From: a virus
Taxonomy: Duplodnaviria > Caudoviricetes
Reading direction: 5' to 3' (one strand)
IMG/VR virus record: IMGVR_UViG_3300011337_000185
Span: 1 to 26,733 of that record
Length of the DNA stretch: 26,733 nt
The position numbers and the translations under genes were made by a program. Shown one piece after another: positions 1 to 7,738 of the stretch (within the stretch, counting starts at the first letter, position 1; the number at the start of each line of letters is the position of its first letter). The notes beneath the pieces were generated by a model. That model made no database searches. It was given only the letters and a program-made list of their open reading frames with translations, and was not told the DNA's origin.

Positions 1-14
1 AGGAGAAACGGACA

Positions 15-317
15 ATGATTATCAAAGATTGGTTAACCTATGATGAAGCATATGAACGGTTCTGTGATATTATGAAAGACGCTTATGCTGAGTTAGACAG
101 TGAAGCAGTTGATCAAACACAGCAACAAAAGGTCAATGCGGCTGTTTATGAACTTGTATTAGCAGAGTTGTTTGACGGTGATATAGCAGTTTATCACTGG
201 TTAGATGAGAATGAAGACAACTGGGAAATCAACGCTGACCTTGAAGGTTTAGAAAAGATATTAGTTGATCATCAAGCACAACTAAAGTTTGACACATTAA
301 AAGGAGAAATGAAATGA
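15..317 (+). CDS. hypothetical acidic protein (100 aa)
   Basis: ORF with AGGAG SD at 1-5; overlaps the next gene by ATGA; no recognisable motif. Confidence 0.75.
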   Translation: MIIKDWLTYDEAYERFCDIMKDAYAELDSEAVDQTQQQKVNAAVYELVLAELFDGDIAVYHWLDENEDNWEINADLEGLEKILVDHQAQLKFDTLKGEMK

Positions 318-562
318 AACTGACAAAAGAACAAAATAGAAAAAGCGTGTTAAATCACACTATCACACAAAAAAATATTCTTGAAGAAAGATTGACAACA
401 GCAATAGAAAGAAATGATGATGAGTTAGTTGCTATTTTAGTAGAAATGATTGATATGGAAACTATGGTTATTCGTAAGTTAGTAGATTTTCTAAAGAAAG
501 ATGGTAGTCTAACTTCTATAGTTAAAACTAAAATGCCTGGTGGACCTAAAAAGTTTGAATGA
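314..562 (+). CDS. hypothetical protein (82 aa)
   Basis: AAGGAG SD upstream; ATGA coupling with the previous ORF. Confidence 0.7.
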   Translation: MKLTKEQNRKSVLNHTITQKNILEERLTTAIERNDDELVAILVEMIDMETMVIRKLVDFLKKDGSLTSIVKTKMPGGPKKFE

Positions 563-750
563 TAAAATGGTGTGAAGAAGTAGTGTGTAAATGAGGTTTT
601 TTATAGCGAAACAGGCAACGAGAAAAAAATGTTTTTGTCGCAGGCTGCCGAGGATTTACCCCCGATTACACACCGCTTATATACGCAATATTATACAAAT
701 AAATGGTAAAACTGATGTTATTGTCAATACAAAATAACTGAATACAGAGA

Positions 751-756
751 TAAATA
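751..756 (+). promoter_or_regulatory. putative phage late-promoter element, variant copy (aTAAATAtt)
   Basis: TAAATA core upstream of the AAGGAG SD and ATG 782; lacks the AT extension seen in most other copies. Confidence 0.4.
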
Positions 757-781
757 TTAGTATAGAAAAGGAGATAGTTAA

Positions 782-1414
782 ATGTTAGCAAACAAAAAGA
801 TTTATATGGAAGTTGTTCGTGAAAGAACACACGAAAAACTATTGCTTGAGTTGGATACGGCACTGATAACAATCAAAAAGTATGATGAGAAACAGCAGTT
901 TATGAATATGCTGGGACAAGAGAACTTCTGGAAGAAGAATAGATTAGACTTGTGGTCAGCGTTGAAACAGGATCAAGTTGATTTGGATACACTCAAACCT
1001 GAAGACAAAAACTCACGCATATTGTTGGACACGATTGCGTTTCAGAATACACCGATAATGTTGCCTACGATTAAAGAACGATTGAAGCACGAAGTTGAAG
1101 TGTTGATACAACAACAGCGAGCATTGCCTGAAGGAACTTGTAAGTATGATAGTTGGAATCATATTTACTCAAACGGTGAGCGTCAGTATGTAAGCAGAGC
1201 AGTAAAGATTGATGTGCCTAATCATTATATACGCACCGAAGATGTAGCAAAGTTTGATCAAGAGTTAAAGAAACTATTGGACAAGTATGTAGTCAGCGAT
1301 CCTTTACGCTTGAAGAACGGTAAAAGACGGTTGAACCATAGGACCGTTGCCAACCGTTATGTAGAGCGTGTGTTTGGCTTCCCTGCCGAAAAGAACGATT
1401 ACAGATATTGGTAA
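782..1414 (+). CDS. hypothetical protein (210 aa)
   Basis: Long ORF with a strong AAAAGGAG SD; no family recognised. Confidence 0.8.
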   Translation: MLANKKIYMEVVRERTHEKLLLELDTALITIKKYDEKQQFMNMLGQENFWKKNRLDLWSALKQDQVDLDTLKPEDKNSRILLDTIAFQNTPIMLPTIKERLKHEVEVLIQQQRALPEGTCKYDSWNHIYSNGERQYVSRAVKIDVPNHYIRTEDVAKFDQELKKLLDKYVVSDPLRLKNGKRRLNHRTVANRYVERVFGFPAEKNDYRYW

Positions 1415-1451
1415 GCAACCTGATGCAGCCTTTTGGTTGGTCGCCTGTGGC

Positions 1452-1459
1452 TAAATAAT
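1452..1459 (+). promoter_or_regulatory. putative late promoter TAAATAAT
   Basis: ggcTAAATAATa in the intergenic gap before the tail gene; same 8-mer recurs at other gene boundaries. Confidence 0.7.
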
Positions 1460-1480
1460 AGATCATATTGGAAACCATAG

Positions 1481-3667
1481 ATGGCACAAATAAAAAACCC
1501 TTTAGACGAAGTTCGCATACCTTTTGCGAAGATGACATTTAGTCCTGATGTCCCTTCAACAGCGTTAGGACCCAACGAATACAACATCGGATTAAATGTT
1601 GAGACAGATGTTAGAGGCATACGCTCAGTAGCAGGTGAGCAAGAGTTCTTTAACACATTGACTGGAACACCGACATATATCAGTAGTGGCTTTAGAGCAG
1701 ACACTAACTTTTGGTTTATCGTAGCAACCACAGAAGGAAAGTGGTGGGCAACATACAATGGAACTTGGTCTGACATTACTCCCACAGGTGGCGACTTTAC
1801 ACAATACGCACAGAACACAAACATTACAGAAGCGTGGAACGGAACCGTGCCTTTCTTTAATGACACTTTCAACCCACCTATGGTATGGTTGGATGGTGAT
1901 GCTAAACTAACTATCTATAGTGAAGTATTGCCCACAGACATCAATGACATAACTTATTTTAACCCAACTCAGCAACGCATCATATACAACACTTTTACCG
2001 CAGGCACAGGCACAACCATAGTTCCTGGTGATGGAACTAATGGTGCCAGCGTAGGTCAGGGCTTATTGACCATAGGTTTAGGTTTAGGTATAGTAGCAGA
2101 ACTATATGTTGGTCAGTATGTTGTTGCAACAACAGCAACAGGCACACCAACAACAGAGATAGCATATGGCACAAAGATATTGGCTAATGTTAGTGGCGTA
2201 GGTGCTGGATCAACTTGGGTAGTGAATATAAGTCAAACGGTGACACCAGCATCAAGAACCGTGTGTGGTCCGTTTGCTGAGATACCTTACAATCCAGGAG
2301 ACAAGATTGTTATCAGTGGAGTCAATGGTGTGTTTGATGGAACATTTACCGTTGCCCAAAATAGTGGAAGTTTATTGGCAAGCACACTAACATCAGTCAA
2401 GTATCTGGCTGTGCCTACCGCAGGTTATCCTGGAGGTGGAAGCGTAGCACCATTGTATAGTTGGAACTATAACCCATACTGGTCAAACTATAGTGCTAAC
2501 TTTATGCGTATGTATTCTACTCCCAATGTAGGATCAATCTTGGTCGCAGGTAATCTTACAGCAACTAACTCTACAACAGCAGCCACGGAAGAATATCCAG
2601 TGACGATACAATGGAGTCAGGCATTTGGATTAAACCAAGCACCACTAACTTGGGAGCCTACGATTACCAATGTGGCTAACCAGTTGGAAGTTCCTCTGCG
2701 TGGTCCAGCGTTAGATGCTTTCCCGTCAAACGGTCAGTTCTTCTTATGTTCATACTGGGACACGGTGGTATTCTCACCATTAAACTACTCTACAACATCA
2801 GCACCTATTCTTGGTGTTAGATTGTATAATCAGGGCAGAGGATTGTTGTCCAGCAACTGCTGGGCTAATACTGACAAACAAGTCTATGGTGTAGATGCCA
2901 GAGATATCTGGGTATTTGATGGACAAGATTTTCAGGGTATTGGTAATCAGCGTGTTAAAAATTGGTTTTATGATCAGTTAGATCCTGAATTCTATGACCG
3001 AGTGTTTATGGAAGCCAACTCGCAGAAGAACCAGATTGAGATTTACTATCCAGATAGTCAAGCCGTAAATGGTGTGCCTAACAAGATGATATCGTATCGT
3101 TATGACTTGGATTGTTGGAACGCACCCAGAGATGTAAGTTCAGCAACTATGGGCTGTGAAAGTCCTATCTATACTGAACTCACTCCTGGTGTTTGGACAC
3201 CTAACCTTGGATCAAGAACTATTGTTTATGCTCAGGGTGTCACTAATTCAAAGATTGTTCAAAAAGATATTGGCTACACCAAGGCTAATGGAACAGCGAT
3301 CGCAAGCAGATTCCGCAGAGACAATATAAAGATGATCAAAGATTATAGTGGTAAGTTGATGGTTCATCGTATCTTACCAGAGGCAGTGAATATTGGTGCT
3401 GTGCCGTTTAGTAGCAGTGATGAGATTAGTATCATACCAAGTTTGGGTAATCTATCAGTGACCATAGAAGGTGCTCAAAGTGTAGGACAATTGCCTACAA
3501 CTCAGGCAAGTCAAGCAATGGCATTAAACACTGACAACCCTTGGATACAAATGAATCAAAATAGTTATCGTGTGAATAGCATAGAGTTGTCAAATACAAG
3601 TTCAACAGATGTTTGGATGTGCTCGGCTACTACCTGGCAATTTACACAGGTTGAGGATGATCGCTGA
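1481..3667 (+). CDS. tail nozzle / packaged-DNA stabilisation protein (P22 gp10 / tail tubular B-like) with inserted beta-rich domains
   Basis: 728 aa, beta-rich, with segments typical of podovirus nozzle proteins (IQWSQ, GRGLLS, DIWVFDG..QGIGNQRVKNWFY, EIYYP, YRYDLDCW); lies before ejection-like genes. Confidence 0.65.
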   Translation: MAQIKNPLDEVRIPFAKMTFSPDVPSTALGPNEYNIGLNVETDVRGIRSVAGEQEFFNTLTGTPTYISSGFRADTNFWFIVATTEGKWWATYNGTWSDITPTGGDFTQYAQNTNITEAWNGTVPFFNDTFNPPMVWLDGDAKLTIYSEVLPTDINDITYFNPTQQRIIYNTFTAGTGTTIVPGDGTNGASVGQGLLTIGLGLGIVAELYVGQYVVATTATGTPTTEIAYGTKILANVSGVGAGSTWVVNISQTVTPASRTVCGPFAEIPYNPGDKIVISGVNGVFDGTFTVAQNSGSLLASTLTSVKYLAVPTAGYPGGGSVAPLYSWNYNPYWSNYSANFMRMYSTPNVGSILVAGNLTATNSTTAATEEYPVTIQWSQAFGLNQAPLTWEPTITNVANQLEVPLRGPALDAFPSNGQFFLCSYWDTVVFSPLNYSTTSAPILGVRLYNQGRGLLSSNCWANTDKQVYGVDARDIWVFDGQDFQGIGNQRVKNWFYDQLDPEFYDRVFMEANSQKNQIEIYYPDSQAVNGVPNKMISYRYDLDCWNAPRDVSSATMGCESPIYTELTPGVWTPNLGSRTIVYAQGVTNSKIVQKDIGYTKANGTAIASRFRRDNIKMIKDYSGKLMVHRILPEAVNIGAVPFSSSDEISIIPSLGNLSVTIEGAQSVGQLPTTQASQAMALNTDNPWIQMNQNSYRVNSIELSNTSSTDVWMCSATTWQFTQVEDDR

Positions 3668-4908
3668 TGGCTGTTTATCCTATTGAGATTGGCGACGATC
3701 AAGGTATTGTCGATGTTATAAATTATGTTGCTTCAGGACCCAGTGGTCTTGGACAACCTAATGTAGGTTTTAATCGATCTACAACGGCTTATATCACTGG
3801 CAACTTCCGTTTGCCTTATAGTAATACCAACTATGCCAGAACTTATGTAGCACCTATAGCATTAGGTAATAGTTATTGGCTGGACGATTATACTTGGAAA
3901 CACGAGTTTGCCACACCACAGGTTATTCCTCCGTTTGCTTTAGGTAATAATATCACGGTCAGTGGTGTCACACCCAGTGACTACGATGGAACTTATAGCC
4001 GTGTTGGTGTAGTAGAAGTCACTGAAGATTATGTTATAGCCAGAGCAGCCAATCCTTATCCTAATCCAGGAGTTGTAGGCACAGGCGGTGAAGTAAGTTT
4101 GGAAGCAATTTATTTTGATTTTCCTACCACTGGTGATTATATACGAGTATCCACAGATTGTAATGGTATTCTCAGCGTAGTAGGTCCTGAAGATTATGTC
4201 AATCTGTCAGCAATTATAACTACTGAAAATGCGTTAGGTATTACTGGCAAAGTTATAGAACCTGGCAGCAACGGTGATTTTAAGTTTAGCACACAACTAA
4301 ACAGATACAAGGCTTACAATAGTGGCACAGCACAAAACCCACAATACTTCTACGACTTTGATGCCACGGTAGCAGAACATACACAAACATTCTTTTTAAC
4401 TGGTGGTGTTGGTCAAATCGTCACTTTAAGCATTGACGCAAGTTCAGGAACTAAAGTAGATACTACACCTTCGGGATATTATGCTATTATAGCCAATTAC
4501 CAAATGACTACTTCAGGTCTGGGACAATATCAAAGTTTTAGTATAGATTTACCCAGTAGTGCCGCAGGAGCATACACTACTGCTAACACTGATATTACTA
4601 TCAACAACCCAGGCTATGCTTTTGCTGTTGGAGATACTATAACAATTCCTGGCAGCGACTTAAATGGTGTTGATGGCGTCAATGATTTAGTATTGTTGGT
4701 AGATAGTGTTTCTACATTGCCTACAAGTTTTAACATTGACCCTGCCACGGTTTTTACTACTCTATTAGATAATCCACCACCAGGACTTTATTGGTATATT
4801 TTAGAACTAACATTTTTACCGCAAGCAGGTGGTAGTGATGTTGTTTGGTATGTAGAAGATATAGAAGTAGGCAGACGCAGCCTTACAGCACAAGTCGTAA
4901 AGAAATAA
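3667..4908 (+). CDS. virion tail accessory / fibre-like protein
   Basis: 413 aa, acidic and beta-rich, with phage fibre-type modules (FALGNNITVSGVTPSDYDGTY; TINNPGYAFAVGDTITIPGSDL); coupled to the upstream gene by TGATG. Confidence 0.55.
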   Translation: MAVYPIEIGDDQGIVDVINYVASGPSGLGQPNVGFNRSTTAYITGNFRLPYSNTNYARTYVAPIALGNSYWLDDYTWKHEFATPQVIPPFALGNNITVSGVTPSDYDGTYSRVGVVEVTEDYVIARAANPYPNPGVVGTGGEVSLEAIYFDFPTTGDYIRVSTDCNGILSVVGPEDYVNLSAIITTENALGITGKVIEPGSNGDFKFSTQLNRYKAYNSGTAQNPQYFYDFDATVAEHTQTFFLTGGVGQIVTLSIDASSGTKVDTTPSGYYAIIANYQMTTSGLGQYQSFSIDLPSSAAGAYTTANTDITINNPGYAFAVGDTITIPGSDLNGVDGVNDLVLLVDSVSTLPTSFNIDPATVFTTLLDNPPPGLYWYILELTFLPQAGGSDVVWYVEDIEVGRRSLTAQVVKK

Positions 4909-4913
4909 ATAAT
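4906..4913 (+). promoter_or_regulatory. putative late promoter TAAATAAT, leaderless start
   Basis: TAAATA-ATACA-ATG(4917); no SD. Confidence 0.65.
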
Positions 4914-4916
4914 ACA

Positions 4917-6980
4917 ATGAACAAAAATAACTTACCCACATTAGCAGAAATGCTGGCTAACTATGGCAGAGATGGTGACACCATATTAGCACACATCAAC
5001 CCTGAAGAAGCAGAGATGCTCAAGCGTATGGGTGGCAGAGGCTCACGCAATCCTAAAACAGGTTTGTTGGAATTTGCTTTCCGTGACGACAATTCATACT
5101 GGACAGAAATGGATGGTGGGTTTGGTGGGTTTGAAGACACTTATGACTTTGGCGGTGGGTATGGTGATAGTTTTGGCTACGGTGATAATTATCAATACAA
5201 TTTTGAAGACACTGGTGGCGGTTTAGATCCTTATGAGCCACCATACGAGCCACCATACGAGCCACCATATGATCCAGGTCCAGGTCCTGTAGATCCGTGG
5301 CAACCTCCTGAGCCAATATATACAGACCCTCCTTATACTGAGCCTGTTTATACAGATCCACCTTATACTGAACCTGTTTATACAGATCCACCTTATACTG
5401 AACCTGTTTATACAGATCCACCTTATACTGAACCTGTTTATACAGATCCACCTTATACTGAGCCAGTCTATACTGACCCTCCATACACGGAACCTGTTTA
5501 TACAGATCCACCTTATACTGAGCCTGTTTATACAGATCCACCTACGGAAGGTCCAGTGCTGCCTACAGAACAACCTACGGAAGAAATCAGTGAAATTATT
5601 ATTACTGGAATCCGCCCAACGGAAACTGAAACGGAAATGCCAACATTTACTTGGAGTAATATAGAACCAACTGAAACAATACCAGAGATTATTATCACTG
5701 GTGGTCCAGTGCCGCCTACTGAACCCCCTATAACAGAAACTGAAGAGATTAGTGAAATTATTATTACTGATATTCGTCCTACACAAAGTATTACTGAAGA
5801 AATCAGTGAGATTATTATTACTACTGATAGACCTACACAAACTATACCACCATTTAGTTTTACTTCAATGGAATTGCCTGAAATCCCAACAGATACACCA
5901 GACATTCCTGAAATCATTATTACTACTGATAGACCTACACAAAGTATTACTGAAACAGAGTCTATACCTGAAATGATTATTACAACGGACAGACCTACTC
6001 AAACTATACCACCATTTAGTTTTACTTCTATGGAACTGCCTGAAATCCCAACAAATACACCTGAGATTCCAGAAATCATTATTACTACTGACCGTCCTAC
6101 AAAGACTATTATAGAAACTGATCCTCCTACATTGTCGTTTAGTTTTACAAGTATGACGCTGCCTCCTGAAACAGAAACACCAACGGTTCCAGAAATCATT
6201 ATTACTACTGACAGACCTACAAAGACTATTTTAGAAACAGATCCACCAACTCTGTCGTTTAGTTTTACCAGTATGACTTTGCCTCCTGAAACGGAAACAG
6301 CAACGCAGACAGAAACAGCAACGGTCACAGAAACTTTTACTTACACATTGCCACCGACAATGCCTCCAACAATGCCACCGACATTGCCTCCGACATTGCC
6401 TCCGACATTGCCTCCGACATTACCACCAACGCAGCCTCCTCGTGCGGGTGTAGGATTAAATCCAGGCTATATAGCCCCAAGTGATTTTTATAATACCTAC
6501 GATCAAGCACAAAGTAAGTTTAACTGGGGTAGTCACGGTTATCAGGTTGGTCCTACATTTAACGATCAAGAGTGGAACGCTGCCTATGGTGAAGATACAC
6601 CTTGGGGATTACAACAACTTGCTAAACCACTAACAGGTCAGCAGATTGCTGATTTGATTGCTGGTAAGAATGTGCCAAGTTTGAATGTTCAAAGTGCTCA
6701 ACGAAGACAAGCGTATAATCCTGCCAGTATGGTGACACCAAACGCAAACAACACTTATCAGTTGCCTACTATACCTGCCGCAGGATCAATAGCACCTACA
6801 AGTGCTCCAGTTTCAACTAATCCTACTACGGTAGCACAACAAGCCGAGATTGTTAGACAACTTGGTGCTGATTGGATGACCAGACAGCAAAGAGCAGCCG
6901 CCATAGGCGATTGGGATACTTACAATCAAATTCAACAGACCGTGAATTCGATTATCAATCCCGTGATAGATAGATATTAA
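4917..6980 (+). CDS. Pro/Thr/Glu-rich repeat (mucin-like) probable virion protein
   Basis: Start moved from 4845 to the in-frame ATG 4917, which removes the overlap and fits the promoter spacing; N-terminal GRDGDTILAHINPEEAEMLKRMGGRGSRNPKTGLLEF segment, then several repeat blocks; lies between tail and ejection genes. Confidence 0.75.
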   Translation: MNKNNLPTLAEMLANYGRDGDTILAHINPEEAEMLKRMGGRGSRNPKTGLLEFAFRDDNSYWTEMDGGFGGFEDTYDFGGGYGDSFGYGDNYQYNFEDTGGGLDPYEPPYEPPYEPPYDPGPGPVDPWQPPEPIYTDPPYTEPVYTDPPYTEPVYTDPPYTEPVYTDPPYTEPVYTDPPYTEPVYTDPPYTEPVYTDPPYTEPVYTDPPTEGPVLPTEQPTEEISEIIITGIRPTETETEMPTFTWSNIEPTETIPEIIITGGPVPPTEPPITETEEISEIIITDIRPTQSITEEISEIIITTDRPTQTIPPFSFTSMELPEIPTDTPDIPEIIITTDRPTQSITETESIPEMIITTDRPTQTIPPFSFTSMELPEIPTNTPEIPEIIITTDRPTKTIIETDPPTLSFSFTSMTLPPETETPTVPEIIITTDRPTKTILETDPPTLSFSFTSMTLPPETETATQTETATVTETFTYTLPPTMPPTMPPTLPPTLPPTLPPTLPPTQPPRAGVGLNPGYIAPSDFYNTYDQAQSKFNWGSHGYQVGPTFNDQEWNAAYGEDTPWGLQQLAKPLTGQQIADLIAGKNVPSLNVQSAQRRQAYNPASMVTPNANNTYQLPTIPAAGSIAPTSAPVSTNPTTVAQQAEIVRQLGADWMTRQQRAAAIGDWDTYNQIQQTVNSIINPVIDRY
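5232..5267 (+). repeat. 12-bp coding tandem repeat x3 (YEPP)
   Basis: tatgagccacca, tacgagccacca, tacgagccacca. Confidence 0.9.
5311..5543 (+). repeat. 30-bp coding tandem repeat, 7 full units plus 1 partial (EPVYTDPPYT)
   Basis: Consensus aacctgtttatacagatccaccttatactg; units start at 5311, 5341, 5371, 5401, 5431, 5461, 5491 and 5521 (partial). Confidence 0.95.
5580..6300 (+). repeat. dispersed coding repeats: 8x E(I/M)IIT(T/G/D).. and 4x FSFTSM
   Basis: Visible in the translation and as duplicated DNA blocks (two actataccaccatttagttttacttc blocks and two tgtcgtttagttttac blocks). Confidence 0.9.
6348..6431 (+). repeat. 12-bp coding tandem repeat x7 ((L/M)PPT)
   Basis: ttgcctccgaca-type units. 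Confidence 0.9.
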
Positions 6981-6987
6981 AATATGC

Positions 6988-6995
6988 TAAATAAT
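6988..6995 (+). promoter_or_regulatory. putative late promoter TAAATAAT
   Basis: gcTAAATAATacaatacAAAGGAacccaatATG(7016). Confidence 0.7.
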
Positions 6996-7015
6996 ACAAT
7001 ACAAAGGAACCCAAT

Positions 7016-7729
7016 ATGAGTGGCGGAAAATCCAATAATCAAAGTTCAACAGACCCAAGACTGACAGGTGCTCAGGCAACTCAGGTAGAGGCACAAAATA
7101 AATTCTTTACAGACACTTTAGCACCAACTTATACTGGTGCTGTTAAAGGTGCTACTGATGTTTATAATCAGGCAGCGGGTGGCGTATTAAACGCAGCCCA
7201 AAATCAAGCAGGTATAGCCAGACAAGCACAAAAAACTTTAGGTGAAACTGGTGAGTCGGCATTACGCACTGGTGTCAGTGGATTAGAAAGTTTATTTAAT
7301 CCTGACTACGAAAAGAACCAGATTATGTCAGCATTAGCACCAGCACAAGCCGCTTATGAAAAGAATATGGCGGACCAACGAGCACAATTCGGTGGCACTG
7401 GTAATTTAGGTAGTGCTCGTGAAGCAATTGCTAATAAACAAGTAGCAGGACAGAATGCCAGTATGATGGCTAAAACTGCCGCAGATATTCAACGAGATAT
7501 TGCTACTCAACGAGCAGGTGTAGGTTCTACACTGGCTAATATTGGCACAGGTAATATTGGACAGGCTGTTGGTGCCGCAGGCACAGCAACTCAGGCTGCT
7601 ATGACTCCTCAACAACTATACAATCAGTATGCTTCAGTTATCTTTGGCACACCAGCCGCAAGTTATAGCCTTGGACCTACTGGCAGTTCTACTTCAAGTA
7701 GTGGTAGCAACCTTGGCTTTAAGATTTAA
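7016..7729 (+). CDS. probable DNA-ejection / pilot protein (P22 gp7-like)
   Basis: 237 aa, Ala/Gly/Gln-rich, MSGGKS start and Ser/Gly-rich end; first of three genes of increasing size. Confidence 0.55.
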   Translation: MSGGKSNNQSSTDPRLTGAQATQVEAQNKFFTDTLAPTYTGAVKGATDVYNQAAGGVLNAAQNQAGIARQAQKTLGETGESALRTGVSGLESLFNPDYEKNQIMSALAPAQAAYEKNMADQRAQFGGTGNLGSAREAIANKQVAGQNASMMAKTAADIQRDIATQRAGVGSTLANIGTGNIGQAVGAAGTATQAAMTPQQLYNQYASVIFGTPAASYSLGPTGSSTSSSGSNLGFKI

Positions 7730-7738
7730 GGGGAAACG

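Noticed and set aside
690-727. Minus-strand sigma70 promoter (TTGACA at 722-727, TATAAT at 690-695)
   Set aside because: The spacer is 26 nt, too long for one canonical promoter, and no credible gene follows.
666-872. 68-aa minus-strand ORF
   Set aside because: It overlaps the 782 gene and its SD and looks like translated AT-rich intergenic DNA.
4845-4916. ORF-track N-terminal extension of the repeat protein
   Set aside because: It overlaps the upstream gene by 64 nt; ATG 4917 fits the promoter spacing.
5311-5543. 30-bp repeats as a CRISPR array or iterons
   Set aside because: Units are contiguous with no spacers, in frame, and vary almost only at synonymous positions.
5053-6328. Several reverse-strand and alternate-frame ORFs over the repeat region
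   Set aside because: They are shadows of the repetitive + strand gene, with no independent signals.
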